Source: Acidobacteriota bacterium (GTDB lineage: Bacteria > Acidobacteriota > Thermoanaerobaculia > Multivoradales > Multivoraceae). Taken from it: a DNA stretch of 64,000 bases. The position numbers and the translations under genes are program-made. The notes beneath the pieces are model-generated. The model did no database searches, was not told where the DNA came from, and saw only the letters and a list, made by a program, of their open reading frames with translations. The DNA lies in NCBI GenBank assembly GCA_036337765.1, contig JAYZDP010000161.1, positions 3,021-67,020 of the forward strand. Reading direction: 5' to 3'. Shown here piece by piece: positions 63,714 to 64,000 of this stretch (positions within the stretch are counted from its first letter, which is position 1; each line of letters starts with the position of its first letter).

Positions 63714-64000
63714 ATGAGGGACACCAGCACCGGTCGTCTTCTGCTCGGCGGCCTCGTTGTCGCTACTCTGGCCGCTGGTTCGGCCTCCGCACAGGAGCAT
63801 CAGTGGCGACACTGGGGAGGCGACGCCGCCAGCAGTCGTTACGCTCCCTACGATCAGATCGACGCCTCGAACTTCGAAGAGTTGGGGATCGCTTGGATCT
63901 GGAAAGGCGACAACTTCGGCCCGTCCACCGACTTCATCCTGCGCTCGACGCCGATCTACGTCGACGGCAAGCTCTTCACCGTCGCCGGACAGCGGCGCAC
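63714..64000 (+). CDS. PQQ-dependent dehydrogenase, 5' part (runs off the window)
   Basis: AAAAAGGAGGG upstream. Signal peptide, then WRHWGGDAASSRYAPYDQIDASNFEELGIAWIW, parallel to the N-terminus of 24731-26674. Confidence 0.7.
   Translation, partial: MRDTSTGRLLLGGLVVATLAAGSASAQEHQWRHWGGDAASSRYAPYDQIDASNFEELGIAWIWKGDNFGPSTDFILRSTPIYVDGKLFTVAGQRR

Noticed and set aside
1-64000. A search by eye for tRNA/rRNA genes, CRISPR repeat arrays, transposases, integrases, phage genes, toxin-antitoxin pairs and recognisable defence systems.
   Set aside because: I found no T-loop-type GGTTCGA motif in an intergenic context. I saw no regularly spaced direct repeats and no DDE, tyrosine or serine recombinase motifs in any ORF. 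The only decay signatures are the ADOP fragments and the add pseudogene.

Overview
High-GC bacterial chromosomal segment, densely coding, with many 4-nt ATGA/GTGA start-stop overlaps. I saw no rRNA, tRNA, CRISPR array, transposase or integrase. Three remnants of ADOP-type duplicated permeases and a PadR regulator suggest an Acidobacteriota-like genome; this is inference only. Housekeeping content: class I aldolase; a glycosyltransferase-prfB-lnt-SPOR-stomatin-NfeD block, where prfB has a visible programmed +1 frameshift; and a pstS-phoU-pstCAB-pstB phosphate locus. Accessory metabolism is mostly periplasmic and redox-related. It includes three PQQ dehydrogenases, one with a lanthanide-type DYD signature plus XoxJ-like and cytochrome c partners. 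It also includes a TAT-exported Gfo/Idh/MocA enzyme and a malyl-CoA-lyase / family III CoA-transferase / MaoC-hydratase / acyl-CoA dehydrogenase cluster. A cobalt-type nitrile hydratase operon is fused to MenB/BadI-like and SDR genes, and there is an AmmeMemoRadiSam pair. The main candidate for an undescribed system is at 55.2-60.9 kb: a PHM/DBH-like copper monooxygenase with an N-terminal CXXCH motif, next to two PAL-like NHL propellers and a cytochrome c. Together these look like a split, periplasmic bacterial counterpart of animal peptidylglycine alpha-amidating monooxygenase. Other notable items: a PhoU fused to a catalytically dead LMW-PTP/ArsC-like domain; an LpxL-type acyltransferase fused to a degenerate DnaC/IstB-like AAA+ domain, next to an ACP and a diiron protein; a roughly 280-nt promoter-to-terminator structured RNA candidate upstream of padR; a CX3CH haem motif; and a twice-disrupted adenosine deaminase. 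All assignments come from reading motifs by eye in the supplied translations. No database search was run.
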